A stretch of 56,134 nt of DNA from Methanobacteriota archaeon (GCA_043799545.1 JAZDNO010000022.1:1-56134), one strand, 5' to 3'. Numbered from the stretch's first letter, positions 1 through 10,270 are shown. Notes: generated from the letters alone by a model not told the origin. A program made the numbers and translations.

Positions 1-225
1 CTGGTTTTCATGAACATATTTAGCTATATATCTAAAAATATCCAGACTAACTTCTCTGCTTGTATTTCCAACGACCAATACAGCCCATAACATCTCTGGC
101 AATCGGTCATTTTGCCAAGATGTGGTAGTAATTTTCAATTTGGGATTCAGTAATGGAGGCAATAAAACTTTTTTATTTTGCTTATGGTCTTTGAGCTTAC
201 TTTCCATTTTATTATCTTTTTTCAT
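1..225 (-). CDS. Hypothetical protein, 5' part only (runs off the window start); AT-rich
   Basis: Hand translation from the ATG at 225: MKKDNKWKSKLKDHKENKKVLLPPLLNPKLKITTTSWQNDRLPEMLWAVLVVGN..., open to position 1. Not in the ORF track because no stop lies inside the window. Confidence 0.6.
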   Translation of the reverse strand, partial: MKKDNKMESKLKDHKQNKKVLLPPLLNPKLKITTTSWQNDRLPEMLWAVLVVGNTSREVSLDIFRYIAKYVHENQ

Positions 226-372
226 GTCAATATCCAAACTTTTGGTTATGTAAGATGTTAATGAAAGTATTTTTCTTTATTGCAATGGAATTGAAGACCA
301 TGCATATATTATTTACGTAATTCTCTGCTCACTCCTCGTCATCTGAGAACACGTCTTTGTGCTCGCCCGATG

Positions 373-633
373 TCACTGGTAGATGTTGTCGTGATGGTCG
401 TAATCTAAAATCGACACGACGCCGTTCCGCTCGTCGATTTCGTATAGGATGACGAACGAGCCCACATGAACGCGCCTGCAGCCTTCCAGCGGGTGCCTCA
501 TGGGCTTGAACCGGTATGGGTCTGCCAATATCTCCTGAATCTTGCCGCTGACCCTGCGGAGCTGCTCCCTGTCTTTCTTGGCCAGCTTCTTGAATGCCCG
601 ATCCGCAGTGGGCTTGATATCCAGCTTGTACAT
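373..633 (-). CDS. RelE/ParE-family type II toxin (mRNA interferase)
   Basis: 86 aa with a RelE-like pattern (YKLDIKPTADRAFKKL...RRVHVGSFVILYEID...ILDYDHHDNIY); directly abuts the upstream antitoxin. Confidence 0.85.
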   Translation of the reverse strand: MYKLDIKPTADRAFKKLAKKDREQLRRVSGKIQEILADPYRFKPMRHPLEGCRRVHVGSFVILYEIDERNGVVSILDYDHHDNIYQ

Positions 634-867
634 CTAACTCAGCCCGTATCGGTCGGCGAAGGATTCCACCGGGATGCCCTTCTCCTTTCGAACCATAGCA
701 ATCTTCTTGACATAGTCCGGCCTGAGCTCCGGCTCCATGATTTCCATTTCGAATATCTCGACGACCTTGTCTATCGCCTCGGATTTGTCGTTCAACCCAT
801 ATTGCGCCTTGACGATGTTCAGCACCTGGTTCGTGCGCGTTTCGATGTCCACCATGGCTTTTACCAT
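634..867 (-). CDS. Antitoxin, DUF2683-like
   Basis: MVKAMVDIETRTNQVLNIVKAQYGLNDKSEAI resembles archaeal DUF2683 antitoxins. Start reassigned to ATG 867 (873 also possible). Its stop abuts the toxin start. Confidence 0.7.
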   Translation of the reverse strand: MVKAMVDIETRTNQVLNIVKAQYGLNDKSEAIDKVVEIFEMEIMEPELRPDYVKKIAMVRKEKGIPVESFADRYGLS

Positions 868-982
868 ATACATCACGTTAATACTACATATACGTGGGAT
901 ATATTTAATGATTGCGCTGCAAAGTGCCCTCACATCAGATTATGATAATATGTAACAATGCCCTGGCGACCGTTGGCCAGAC

Positions 983-1159
983 TCACTCCTCGTCGTCCAA
1001 GAAATCCTCGATGTGCTTGCATTTGAGCGTCAGGTACTTGGCGCAGTGCTCGCATTCCTCGTCGTCCTTGTTGGCTTCCAGGTTCTCGTTGAACTCGTAG
1101 CACTCGCGGCAGCAGAACTCATCTTCCTCGTCCTTCTTCTCCTCGCCGAAAATCCCCAT
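983..1159 (-). CDS. Small acidic Cys-rich protein, probable metal binder
   Basis: MGIFGEEKKDEEDEFCCRECYEF...CEHCAKYLTLKCKH; lies just downstream of lonB in the same orientation. Start 1159 chosen (track gives 1177). Confidence 0.55.
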   Translation of the reverse strand: MGIFGEEKKDEEDEFCCRECYEFNENLEANKDDEECEHCAKYLTLKCKHIEDFLDDEE

Positions 1160-1186
1160 CCCGCCCCATCCTTTCATGGGAATCCC

Positions 1187-3184
1187 CTAGTGCGCCGCAG
1201 GGCGCTCTGTGATTACCTTCTGCGGCAGATAGGCTGCGAACTTGTCCAGGAAACCGTCCTTCTTCTTCCCCATGAGAGCATACTTCAGAACCTCGGCGAG
1301 CGTGTCGACCGGGACGACCTCCACCTTGGCGGACCAGCGGTCCTCGAGGAAGACGTCCTGCATGTTGCTCTTCGGAATCAGGACCCTCTTGATGCCCGCC
1401 TGCGCCGCGGCCTCGATTTTGGCGGTGACCGCGCCGACGGGCAGCACTCGCCCGCGCACGCTCAGAGAGCCGGTCATCGCAATTGTCTGGTCGACCTCGA
1501 TGCCCTCTATGGCGCTGACGACCGCCGTCGCGACGGAAATCGAGGCGGAATCGCCCTCAATGCCCTCGCCGGAGCCAACGAACTGGATGTGGATGTCGTG
1601 GTTGGAGACGTCCTCGCCGGTGTACTTCTTGACCAGCGCCGAGACGTTCTGCACTGCCTCCTTCGCTATCTCCCCGAGCCGGCCGGTCGCGATTATCACG
1701 CCGCCGTTCTTCCTCTGGGCCGGGGTGACCTCAGCGACTATCGGCAGGACTATGCCCGAGTACTCGGACATGCCCGTGTCGGCGCCGATTACCGCCAGGC
1801 CGTTGACCATCCCTATGGCCGAACCGACGTTGATGAACGTGCTGTAATCCTTGCTGCGCTCTATGACCCTGTCCGCAATCTGCTGCTCCAGCGGGCGGGC
1901 TATGCGCTTGGCCATAACGACGTGCTCGGCGGAGGTCATGGGCGCGCCGTTCTCCTTGGCTATATCCCCGGCAATCCTGATGAGGCCGCCCAACTCGCGC
2001 AGCCTGAGGGTCAGCTGGCCGCGTCGCCCCGCGCGCCTCTGCGACTCGCGGATTATCTCCCCGACCGCGGTCCTGGTGAAGTGCGGAATCTTCGTGTCCT
2101 TGACGACCTCCTGCGCGACGAACCTAATCATCTTCTGGCGGTTCTCGTGGGTGTCCGCCATCGTCGTCTTCATGTAGATTTCGTATCCGTATCCGCGTAT
2201 CCTGGACCTCAGCGCCGGGTGCATTCCGCCGTGCTGGTGGCCGTCGTCCCTGCGCCCGTAGATGGAATCGAGGTTCCCTGCGGCGACCAGGACGAAGTCG
2301 CACGGAACGGGCTCGCTCTTGACCATCGCCCCCGAGCTCCGCTCGCTCTGCCCGACGACGGAGAATTTCTTCTCCTGGAGGGCCGTGAGGAGCGCCTGCT
2401 GGCTCTCCATCCGGAGCATGTTGATTTCGTCAATGAACAGGATGCCCTTGTTGGCCTTGTGTATCGCGCCGATTTCGACGCGCTCGTGAGCGGGCGTCTC
2501 GAGGCCGCCGCTCTGGAACGGGTCGTGCTTGACATCCCCCAGTAGTGCGCCTGCGTGCGCGCCTGTGGCATCTATGAACGGCGCGCTCTCGTCGAGGGTG
2601 TGCGTGATGAGGAGCTTGGGGACCTGGTTCATGTCCGTGTTCCGCGCCCCGGGCATCCTGGCGAACATGTAGATGAATACGGCGCCGAGGATTCCGAAGA
2701 GAATCCACATCGGGTTCTTCATGCCGTCCATGACGAACATCAGCACCGCGAAGCCGATGACGAGAAAGACTATTGTGAGCATCATCTGGGCTTTCTGGTC
2801 CTTGCGGGCGTTGGCCTCGGCCTTCTGGGCCCCCACGATTTCTTTTCCCTTGCCTGCCGGGACGATTTTGATTTTTGGCTCGTTCGGGTCCTCTGGGTTG
2901 GGGTAGGCAATCACGTCCTGGAGCTCCCCCTTGGGCAGAAAATCCGTCATCGCCCTGGCCAGCATCGACTTGCCCGTGCCCGGCTCCCCTATCAAAACAA
3001 CGTGCCGCTTCTGCTCCGCGGCCTTGCGGATGACGTAGACCGCGTCCTCCTGGCCTATGACCTGGTCGGAGATTAGCTTGGGCACTTTGACGTCGGCCGT
3101 GTTCTCGAACGGCTGTCCTTCTATCCACTCGTCGACGGGCGTGTCGCAGGCCGGTTCCTGGGTGTCCTTCGCATCCATGGGCAT
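1187..3184 (-). CDS. lonB: Archaeal membrane-bound ATP-dependent protease LonB
   Basis: Walker A GEPGTGKS, two TM helices inserted in the AAA domain, Walker B FIDEIN, catalytic Ser (GDSAS) and Lys (VTAKI). Confidence 0.97.
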   Translation of the reverse strand: MPMDAKDTQEPACDTPVDEWIEGQPFENTADVKVPKLISDQVIGQEDAVYVIRKAAEQKRHVVLIGEPGTGKSMLARAMTDFLPKGELQDVIAYPNPEDPNEPKIKIVPAGKGKEIVGAQKAEANARKDQKAQMMLTIVFLVIGFAVLMFVMDGMKNPMWILFGILGAVFIYMFARMPGARNTDMNQVPKLLITHTLDESAPFIDATGAHAGALLGDVKHDPFQSGGLETPAHERVEIGAIHKANKGILFIDEINMLRMESQQALLTALQEKKFSVVGQSERSSGAMVKSEPVPCDFVLVAAGNLDSIYGRRDDGHQHGGMHPALRSRIRGYGYEIYMKTTMADTHENRQKMIRFVAQEVVKDTKIPHFTRTAVGEIIRESQRRAGRRGQLTLRLRELGGLIRIAGDIAKENGAPMTSAEHVVMAKRIARPLEQQIADRVIERSKDYSTFINVGSAIGMVNGLAVIGADTGMSEYSGIVLPIVAEVTPAQRKNGGVIIATGRLGEIAKEAVQNVSALVKKYTGEDVSNHDIHIQFVGSGEGIEGDSASISVATAVVSAIEGIEVDQTIAMTGSLSVRGRVLPVGAVTAKIEAAAQAGIKRVLIPKSNMQDVFLEDRWSAKVEVVPVDTLAEVLKYALMGKKKDGFLDKFAAYLPQKVITERPAAH

Positions 3185-3282
3185 TGTGTGATAGCGCCCC
3201 TATGTTAATAAAGCTTTTTCCTCACTATCACGTTTGATGGCGAAAGTATGAAATATCCATGCGGAATACTGGCCACGAGAAC

Positions 3283-4641
3283 ATGAAGAGAAACATCGTC
3301 GTCTTCGGGATGGGGTACGTCGGAATACCCGCGGCGGCGCTTTTTGCCGACGTGGATGGATTTTCCGTCACGGGCGTGCAGCGCAGGTCCAAGCGCTCGG
3401 GCTGGAAGATAGACTGGCTCAACAAGGGCAAGAACCCAATAGGCGGAGACGAGCCAGGGCTGTCCGAGCTGCTGGCGCGCGTTGTGAAGAAGGGGACGTT
3501 CTGGGTCACAGACAACCTGGACGTGGTCAAGAACGCCGAGGCCATACTCGTAGATGTCCAGACGCCGACGGAGAAGGACCACAAGCCCCGATACGAATCG
3601 CTCCGGGAGGTGAGCGAGCAGGTCGGGAAGCGCATGAGGAAGGGCGCGCTGGTCGTCATAGAGTCGACGGTCGCACCTGGCACGACCGAGAACATCGTGA
3701 AGCCGATTCTCGAAAAGGCGTCAGGGATGAAGGCAGGCAGGGATTTCTATCTCGCCTTCTCGTACGAGCGCGTGATGGTCGGCAGGCTCATCAAGAACAT
3801 CGTGTACTTGCCAAGGATAGTCGGCGGGACAGACAAGAAAAGCACAGAGCGGGCCATGGAGCTCTACGCTCATATAGTCAAGGCGAAGCTCTGCCCCACA
3901 GACGCGCTGACTGCCGAGGTTTCCAAGACCGTCGAGAACACATACCGTGACGTGAACATCGCGTTCTCGAACGAGGTGGCAATCATCTGCGAGAGCCTGG
4001 GCATAGATGCCTACGAGGTGAGGGAGCTTGTGAACACCCTGCCGAACGACCCGTCGAACCCTTCGTCGAACCCAGTCCGAAACATGCACTTCCCCGGCGC
4101 AGGCGTCGGCGGCCACTGCTTGCCCAAGGATTCATGGCTGCTGAAATACGGGCTCGACACGTACGGGAAGCTGCCCTTCCTGCCTAGGGTCATCGTGGAC
4201 TCCAGGGTGATAAACGACTGGATGCCGGTGCATGTGGCTGACTTGGTGGAGGAGGCCCTCAAGGAGCGGAAGCTGAAGCTCAGGGGCGCGAAGGTCGCGA
4301 TACTCGGCCTGGCATTCCTTGAGAACTCGGACGACACGCGCAACACGCCGTCGGCGACGCTCTACCTCGAGCTGAAGAGGCGCGGCGCGAAGCTGGCCAT
4401 GCACGACCCGCTGGTGCGCGAGCACGAGCTGCCTTTCACGGACAAGCTGGACGATGTTCTGAAGGGAGCGGACGCGGTCGTCCTCTCGACCAAGCACAAG
4501 GAGTACGCGAAGATTGACCTGAAGAAGCTTGCGAAGAAGGTGCGCACGCCCGTCATAGTGGACGGGCGCAACCTATGGGACCCGGAGAAGGTCAGGAAGG
4601 CCGGCTTCACCTACCGGGGCGTGGGGAAGGGGAAGAGGTAA
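3283..4641 (+). CDS. UDP-N-acetylhexosamine/nucleotide-sugar 6-dehydrogenase (WbpA/WecC family)
   Basis: Rossmann GMGYVG, IESTVAPGTT, ENTYRDVNIAFSNE, catalytic GGHCLPKD. Start set at MKRNIVV. Confidence 0.92.
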   Translation: MKRNIVVFGMGYVGIPAAALFADVDGFSVTGVQRRSKRSGWKIDWLNKGKNPIGGDEPGLSELLARVVKKGTFWVTDNLDVVKNAEAILVDVQTPTEKDHKPRYESLREVSEQVGKRMRKGALVVIESTVAPGTTENIVKPILEKASGMKAGRDFYLAFSYERVMVGRLIKNIVYLPRIVGGTDKKSTERAMELYAHIVKAKLCPTDALTAEVSKTVENTYRDVNIAFSNEVAIICESLGIDAYEVRELVNTLPNDPSNPSSNPVRNMHFPGAGVGGHCLPKDSWLLKYGLDTYGKLPFLPRVIVDSRVINDWMPVHVADLVEEALKERKLKLRGAKVAILGLAFLENSDDTRNTPSATLYLELKRRGAKLAMHDPLVREHELPFTDKLDDVLKGADAVVLSTKHKEYAKIDLKKLAKKVRTPVIVDGRNLWDPEKVRKAGFTYRGVGKGKR

Positions 4642-4644
4642 CCT

Positions 4645-5013
4645 TCAAGGATATTTCATGCAATGTGGGCAATACCATCTCTGATATAATGGAATCCAGT
4701 CAAGTGGATTATTACATAACGAACACGGCGGATGCGCAGTAACGAATCTCTGCGCTAAAATTTTTTCACCCGCGACCACGGCTTTCGAAGGGTTGTCGGT
4801 TAATTCGATATCGCTCAACTTACTAATATGCCCACATCGGTTGCACACCACCTTTCTTGAGCAGCCAACCGGGAGGACTGGGATGAAGAAAAGAGTGAAT
4901 GCACTCTTGGTCACAACGCCCGTATGCGACCACGGAAGTCCACAAGATGCGCAATGTGCCCCGAATGTGCCAATAGGGAATTTCTTGCTGGAGACACCGA
5001 ATATTACGAACAT
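4645..5013 (-). CDS. Double zinc-ribbon protein
   Basis: CASC...FTLFFIPVLP...CNRC (zinc-ribbon_15-like) plus a C-terminal CSLCNNPLDWIPLYQRWYCPHC motif. Confidence 0.75.
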   Translation of the reverse strand: MFVIFGVSSKKFPIGTFGAHCASCGLPWSHTGVVTKSAFTLFFIPVLPVGCSRKVVCNRCGHISKLSDIELTDNPSKAVVAGEKILAQRFVTAHPPCSLCNNPLDWIPLYQRWYCPHCMKYP

Positions 5014-5021
5014 AGCAGAAA

Positions 5022-6920
5022 TCAGACCTCCCCTTTATTGTCTTCTGATGGAGGGTCTTTCTTCGCAATAAAAACAACAGAAGGACGGCTCAGCAGCCAG
5101 TAAGTCGTCACGATAGCCATCAAAATAATTATGCTGCACATTGAAGCACAGATATTATTCTGAATCCATGCTATGATTCCATACTCCTCACTGGTATGAT
5201 TGTTTGAAGTATCCTGAGCTGTGCTGCCGCTAATAGAGTTGACCTGGATCTCATAGCTCACCACGCCCGTGGGCATTGCCCCTTCAACCGAATAATACTC
5301 ATTATCCAGCACCAGATAATAGTTGTGAGAATTTGCCAACACAGTAGTAAATGTAGTGGTATTTTCAACAGATTGTTCGGCTACAAACCATCTGGTGTGC
5401 TCGTTCTCATAAATGTCTAACTCAGATTCACTCCCGAAAATGTAGAAATCTACATTTCCACCGTATGTTATTGTAATCTGAACATTGACATCTCTCAAGC
5501 CCATGGGAAAATAATAAGTTGCGTGATCTAATCCTTTTAAATCTCTTACTGTTGTCATACTACGATTGACTACATAATAATTGTCGATATTTGCATTTAG
5601 CACCCAAACAATGATTGCATCTGTGTCCCAATTATCATCTATGTCGGTCACGTTTAGAATCACATCATAGAATCCAGGCTTCTGAAATACATAATTCAAC
5701 GAGATATTTTGGGAGATTGTTGTCAAATTTCCCTCATAAACATGCCAAGTATAGTTTGCCACGTCATTATTGTCATACGAATATTCACCGTTAAACGACA
5801 CTGTTTCGTTTGGATAAGCAATAACATCACCGCCAGCATCAGCTATTGGGGGTTCTAAATCAATCACATTCACCTTGAAGTAATCAATATCTATATTCCC
5901 GCCACAGTCGAGTACTGTCAACGATACATTGACTATTCCCCGGCGATCAAATGTAAACTCTGGTGTGAATCCAAATAAAGTAATATTGATAATTACTTGT
6001 TCTTCATAATAATAATTGTAATTCTGGTATTGAAAAAACCAAGTACAATAAAGTATCCCAGTGTTGTCTAAAGATAAATTGCTATTGAAGAAATGCGACC
6101 CATTTAATTGGGCATCACAGTTCCCTCCAGCGTTGGCTGTAGGCGCGATGGAGTCGAAAATCCGAGGGCTAAATAAAATGTGTAAAAAACCCCAAGTTTG
6201 TGGCTCATATGCATCCACTTTATCCGCACTTGGCCAACCAGAATAACCAGATCCTATAGTACAGAACATCAGAGTTTCATTCGATGTAACGTTGATATCC
6301 TCCAAAGTACCTGTGCTCAAGGGCAACCACCATTCGGAATAATAGTATGTTCCATTGATACTTTCCGCATAACCACCATCATTATTCGAACCGTCATCAC
6401 CTGTTGTGGTCCACATTCCGAGTCGAATATTGGAATCGACGAAATCATCGTTATATAAATATTTTCTATCCGCATTAATTCCGTCCAGTATACCATCTGG
6501 CTCGCCATCATCATCTTCAAAAAGTATTTGCCATGTCGAATAATATGGTATGTTAGATGTAAATAAAAAATAGATATTCACTCCATTATGCTTTGCTTTA
6601 ATCGAAATATAACCCCCCGGACAATTACCCCTTGTTTCTTGTGCTTCGTCCCATTTGTCAGCTAAGGTTATTGTGCCATCCAAAACCGGTGTAGTTCCAG
6701 CGTACGCAATGATGCTATTTTTCACTGATGGCTCAACAACAGTATCCGAGTATATGGATTTTTTAGCACCATTTTCCGTGGATTTGGAATTCGCATAAAA
6801 TGACGATGACGGAGACGATATGCAAAACACTATAAGCAATAACCAAATGAGATTTCGTGTTGCGAATGTTTGTCGTCGTTTTTCTACACACATTGCGAAG
6901 GGATATGATTTTTCCGACAT
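5022..6920 (-). CDS. Secreted, membrane-anchored PKD-domain surface protein
   Basis: N-terminal signal, DOMON/CBM9-like segment (PVLDGTITLADKWDEA), two PKD units (PTANAGG, PIADAGGD), C-terminal TM helix; AT-rich. Confidence 0.8.
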   Translation of the reverse strand: MSEKSYPFAMCVEKRRQTFATRNLIWLLLIVFCISSPSSSFYANSKSTENGAKKSIYSDTVVEPSVKNSIIAYAGTTPVLDGTITLADKWDEAQETRGNCPGGYISIKAKHNGVNIYFLFTSNIPYYSTWQILFEDDDGEPDGILDGINADRKYLYNDDFVDSNIRLGMWTTTGDDGSNNDGGYAESINGTYYYSEWWLPLSTGTLEDINVTSNETLMFCTIGSGYSGWPSADKVDAYEPQTWGFLHILFSPRIFDSIAPTANAGGNCDAQLNGSHFFNSNLSLDNTGILYCTWFFQYQNYNYYYEEQVIINITLFGFTPEFTFDRRGIVNVSLTVLDCGGNIDIDYFKVNVIDLEPPIADAGGDVIAYPNETVSFNGEYSYDNNDVANYTWHVYEGNLTTISQNISLNYVFQKPGFYDVILNVTDIDDNWDTDAIIVWVLNANIDNYYVVNRSMTTVRDLKGLDHATYYFPMGLRDVNVQITITYGGNVDFYIFGSESELDIYENEHTRWFVAEQSVENTTTFTTVLANSHNYYLVLDNEYYSVEGAMPTGVVSYEIQVNSISGSTAQDTSNNHTSEEYGIIAWIQNNICASMCSIIILMAIVTTYWLLSRPSVVFIAKKDPPSEDNKGEV

Positions 6921-6946
6921 ATAATAAATCTGTTATTACAAAATAG

Positions 6947-7864
6947 TCAGTCCCCGTACACGTTGAACTCGCTCTTCAAATTGTTGTAGGCCAGCGCGTC
7001 CAGCGTGCTCGGGTCCACCGAAATCAGGAATATCCCGCCGCTGACCGAAGCCACGTCGCGTATCCTCTGGGCGAACTTCAGGATGACTGGGAAGGAGTTG
7101 TTGCTTATGAGAAACTCGATGCCGTGGAGCATCACTATCCCCCCGGTCTCCTTGAGAAAACCGCCTATGGCGCGCGTCAGCTCGTGGTCGTACTGGCTCG
7201 GCTTGATGGACGGCACGTCCCCGGAGCTCTCGCTGGTGGAGAGCCAGACTATCTGGTAGTCGTGGCCGCATACGTCGTCGTACCGCTCCCTGGCCTTCGG
7301 CGGGAATATCCTGCTGATGCACAGGCCAGGCAAGCCGTACTTGACCGCCTTGGCGAAGATGTTGAACGTGGCGGGGGCGTTCTTCACCTCGTCTACGATG
7401 AGGTACGACTCGCCCCGCTCTAGCTTCGGTATGACCAGATCGCTGGAAACCTTCGACACAGGACGCTCCCGCGCCGCGGACGGGTCGCTCTTGGAAAGCT
7501 CGAAGGCGCCGTCCTTCACAGTGGCGACGTGTGGCTCGCCCAGCAGCTCGCCCAGCACCCCTGCGACGTAGCCAGCGCAGAAATGGTCGTCCTCCACGCT
7601 CCTCGCCCCCGACGGCCTGACTACGATTATCCCGCCGGCGCCCTGCTGGACCTCGATGCCGAGTATCCCGTCGGAGATGGCCGCCTGCGCCATCGCCCTC
7701 GGAAGCTCCCCGGGGCTCGCGCGCTGGCCCCGGGTGTTCGTGACGCCGACGATGTTGCCGTACTGATACAGAAGCCAGTCTGCCTCCTCCTTCCCCCCCT
7801 TCTGCTCCTCGAACGACCTCAGCTCCTTTATCGTTTCCGAGTCAACTGAAATCCTGTCACCCAT
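6947..7864 (-). CDS. V4R-like domain fused to DUF835 domain
   Basis: N-terminal LLYQYGNIVG...FCAGYVAGVLGELLG (V4R-like). C-terminal ESYLIV..GLCISR..IVWLS..IVMLHGIEFLISNNSF..ISVDP (DUF835). Overlaps the GTPase gene by 8 nt. Confidence 0.8.
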   Translation of the reverse strand: MGDRISVDSETIKELRSFEEQKGGKEEADWLLYQYGNIVGVTNTRGQRASPGELPRAMAQAAISDGILGIEVQQGAGGIIVVRPSGARSVEDDHFCAGYVAGVLGELLGEPHVATVKDGAFELSKSDPSAARERPVSKVSSDLVIPKLERGESYLIVDEVKNAPATFNIFAKAVKYGLPGLCISRIFPPKARERYDDVCGHDYQIVWLSTSESSGDVPSIKPSQYDHELTRAIGGFLKETGGIVMLHGIEFLISNNSFPVILKFAQRIRDVASVSGGIFLISVDPSTLDALAYNNLKSEFNVYGD

Positions 7865-8510
7865 CGACCGAACCTCCCAACTGATTCACAAGCTCGACGA
7901 AAGCCGCCTCGACGTTCTCCCCGGTCTTGGCGCTCGTGGCGAAGTACGGGAATTTGAGCCCGCGGCTGTTGCGCCCCATACCGGCCCATTTGACCAGGTG
8001 GGCGAGCGACACGGGTTCGAACGACGGCTCGATGCCGTAGAGCTTGACGTAGGCCTCGACGACGCCCCTGTGCCTCTCAAGCATGTGCTCGTGGAACCTG
8101 CCGGGAAGGCTCGACGCCACCTCGACCCCGGCGTCGCGCTCGAAGTCCCTGATGATGTCGTGCTTGTTGCCCAGCACGACCACCGGTATCTCGCCGGTGA
8201 CCTTGAACAGGTCCGCGAGCCAGTTGTCGAGGTTGTCGAAGGTCGTTTTGCGCGTGGAATCGTAGACTAGGAGCGCGCCCGCGGCGCCGCGGTAGTTGGC
8301 CATGTGCAGCTCCGGCCGGGACTTCTGGCCGTAGATGTCCCAAATCATCAGCGTCGTGGGGCCCATGACCTTCTTCTTGACGTTCACGCCGATGGTCGTG
8401 ATGTACTCGTCGCTGAAAGCCCCCTCGACGAATTTGCGAACCAGCGAGGTCTTGCCCACGGCGCCCTCGCCGAGCAAGACCACTTTGAAGCTCTTGGCCT
8501 CCGCCGCCAT
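7857..8510 (-). CDS. Rab-like small GTPase with a long G4-G5 insertion
   Basis: G1 GEGAVGKTS, G2 YITTIGV, G3 WDIYGQ, G4 NKHD, G5 TSAK, plus NYRGA and LVYDST. Start reassigned to ATG 8510 (MAAEAK). Confidence 0.9.
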   Translation of the reverse strand: MAAEAKSFKVVLLGEGAVGKTSLVRKFVEGAFSDEYITTIGVNVKKKVMGPTTLMIWDIYGQKSRPELHMANYRGAAGALLVYDSTRKTTFDNLDNWLADLFKVTGEIPVVVLGNKHDIIRDFERDAGVEVASSLPGRFHEHMLERHRGVVEAYVKLYGIEPSFEPVSLAHLVKWAGMGRNSRGLKFPYFATSAKTGENVEAAFVELVNQLGGSVDG

Positions 8511-8548
8511 AGAACCCGAATCTGTTTGGGGCGATATAAAAGCCTGCC

Positions 8549-9631
8549 TCACTTGCCCTTCACGAACTTCTTGACCAGCCCAGATATCCTCATCGCGTCG
8601 TCCTGAGTCACAGACGGGTGCACCGGTATCGACAAAACTTCCTTGGTCAGCCTCGCCACGACCGGGTTCTTCCCGAAGGTGCAGTTGCCCTTCATTATCT
8701 TCTGGTTGTGCAGAGGCATCGGGTAGTAGACTCGCGAGCCTATCCCCTCCTTTCCGAGCATCTCGGTCAGCTTGTCGCGTCCCCTCTTGACGCGGATGGT
8801 GTACTGATGGTAGACGTGGCGCCCCCACTTGGCCTCTCCGGGGGTCGCGACAATCCCCTCCAGCTCCTCGTTGTACAGCTTGGCCAGCCTGCGCCTGTAC
8901 TCGATGGCCGCAGGCAATTTCTTAAGCTGCTCAATCCCGATGGCCGCGGCTATCTCTGTCATGTGGTAGTTGTACCCCAGCATCGCGTGGGAGTACATCC
9001 CCTCCTGGCCGTGGTTGCGGATTAGATGGCATAGACGGTCCAGCTTCGGGTTGTTGGTAGTTATCATCCCTCCTTCGCCAGTCGTCATGTTCTTTGTCGG
9101 GTAGAAGCTGAAGCATGCTATGTCGCCGATAGAGCCGACCTTCTTGCCCTTGTACTCGGCGCCGTGCGCCTGGCAGGCGTCCTCGACGAGCCAGAGGTCC
9201 TTCTCCCTCGCCAGCTCCTGCAGCGGCTTGAGGTCTACCGGGTGTCCGTAGAGGTGGACCGGGGCGAGCATCTTCGTCTTCTTCGTGACCAGCCCGCGGG
9301 CTGCCGCCGCGTCCATTCCGAAGTAGTCCTCTTCGACGTCCGCCAGCGCCGGGACAGCCCCGATGTGAAGCAGCGGCGTGGCAGAGGCCGCGAACGTCAG
9401 GTCCGGCGTCACGCCCGAGTCGCCGCGTCCCATTCCGACCGCCAGATACGCCGTGTGCAAAGCCTGCGTGCCGTTGCCGACGGCGATGGCGAACTTGGCG
9501 CCTATGTATTCTGCGAAATCGTGCTCGAACTGGGCTACGACCTTGCCCTGCGCCAGCATCCCTGAATCCAAAACCGCCATCACGGCCTTCTTCTCTTCGT
9601 TCCCCAGGATTGGCTTGCCTATCGGTATCAT
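8549..9631 (-). CDS. DegT/DnrJ/EryC1/StrS-family sugar aminotransferase (WbpE-like)
   Basis: PVHLYGHP, VEDACQAHGA, FSFYPTKNMTTGEGG with the PLP lysine. Confidence 0.95.
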   Translation of the reverse strand: MIPIGKPILGNEEKKAVMAVLDSGMLAQGKVVAQFEHDFAEYIGAKFAIAVGNGTQALHTAYLAVGMGRGDSGVTPDLTFAASATPLLHIGAVPALADVEEDYFGMDAAAARGLVTKKTKMLAPVHLYGHPVDLKPLQELAREKDLWLVEDACQAHGAEYKGKKVGSIGDIACFSFYPTKNMTTGEGGMITTNNPKLDRLCHLIRNHGQEGMYSHAMLGYNYHMTEIAAAIGIEQLKKLPAAIEYRRRLAKLYNEELEGIVATPGEAKWGRHVYHQYTIRVKRGRDKLTEMLGKEGIGSRVYYPMPLHNQKIMKGNCTFGKNPVVARLTKEVLSIPVHPSVTQDDAMRISGLVKKFVKGK

Positions 9632-9646
9632 GTCATGGCCTCCGAA

Positions 9647-10267
9647 CTAAAACTTCCTGTGCTCCATCGGGACGACGCCGATTTTTCTCGCCGGGTTGCC
9701 GGCCACTATGGCGTATTCCTCGACGTCCTTGGTGACTATCGAGCCTGAGCCTATGCACGCCTCCTTGCCGATCCTCACGCCGGGCAGAATCGTGCTGTTC
9801 GCGCCTATGCGGACGCCCTTGCACACGTGCGCCCCGACCATCGGGTCCTTCGTGCGCCCCATGTATTTGTCGTTCGTGAAACATACGCGCGGGCCTACGA
9901 AGACGTCGTCCTCTATCTCCATGTTCGTCGGAATGTATACCGCAGTCTGGATGCTGCACCTGTTGCCGATTTTCACGAGGTTCTCGACAACTGTGTTCGT
10001 GCCGATGAGCGAGTTCTCGCCGACCGTTGTGTTCTCGCGCACGAGCGAGTAGTGCCCGGTCTGCGAGCCGTTCCCAAACCTGGTTTTGTTGTAGATGATT
10101 GTGAAATCGCGAATGACGCAGTTGTCGCCTATGTGCGCCCCTTCCAGCTTGTCGAACTCGCCCGAGAGCAAGATGGCCTTGTCGTCCTTGCCCGGGTGGC
10201 CGATGACGGCGCTTGGCCCGATGTACGTTCCCTTGCCTATCTTCGATTTTCCGTAAACTGTCGGCAT
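9647..10267 (-). CDS. Hexapeptide-repeat N-acetyltransferase (WbpD-like)
   Basis: Left-handed beta-helix repeats; [34 protein letters not shown]. Confidence 0.9.
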   Translation of the reverse strand: MPTVYGKSKIGKGTYIGPSAVIGHPGKDDKAILLSGEFDKLEGAHIGDNCVIRDFTIIYNKTRFGNGSQTGHYSLVRENTTVGENSLIGTNTVVENLVKIGNRCSIQTAVYIPTNMEIEDDVFVGPRVCFTNDKYMGRTKDPMVGAHVCKGVRIGANSTILPGVRIGKEACIGSGSIVTKDVEEYAIVAGNPARKIGVVPMEHRKF

Positions 10268-10270
10268 AGT

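Noticed and set aside
1013-2545. 510-aa plus-strand ORF and many similar long antisense ORFs (e.g. 7124-7423, 22810-24126, 26543-27472, 27318-28361, 31528-32499, 35009-36016)
   Set aside because: Shadow frames of clearly identified genes, expected in GC-rich coding DNA; no motifs of their own.
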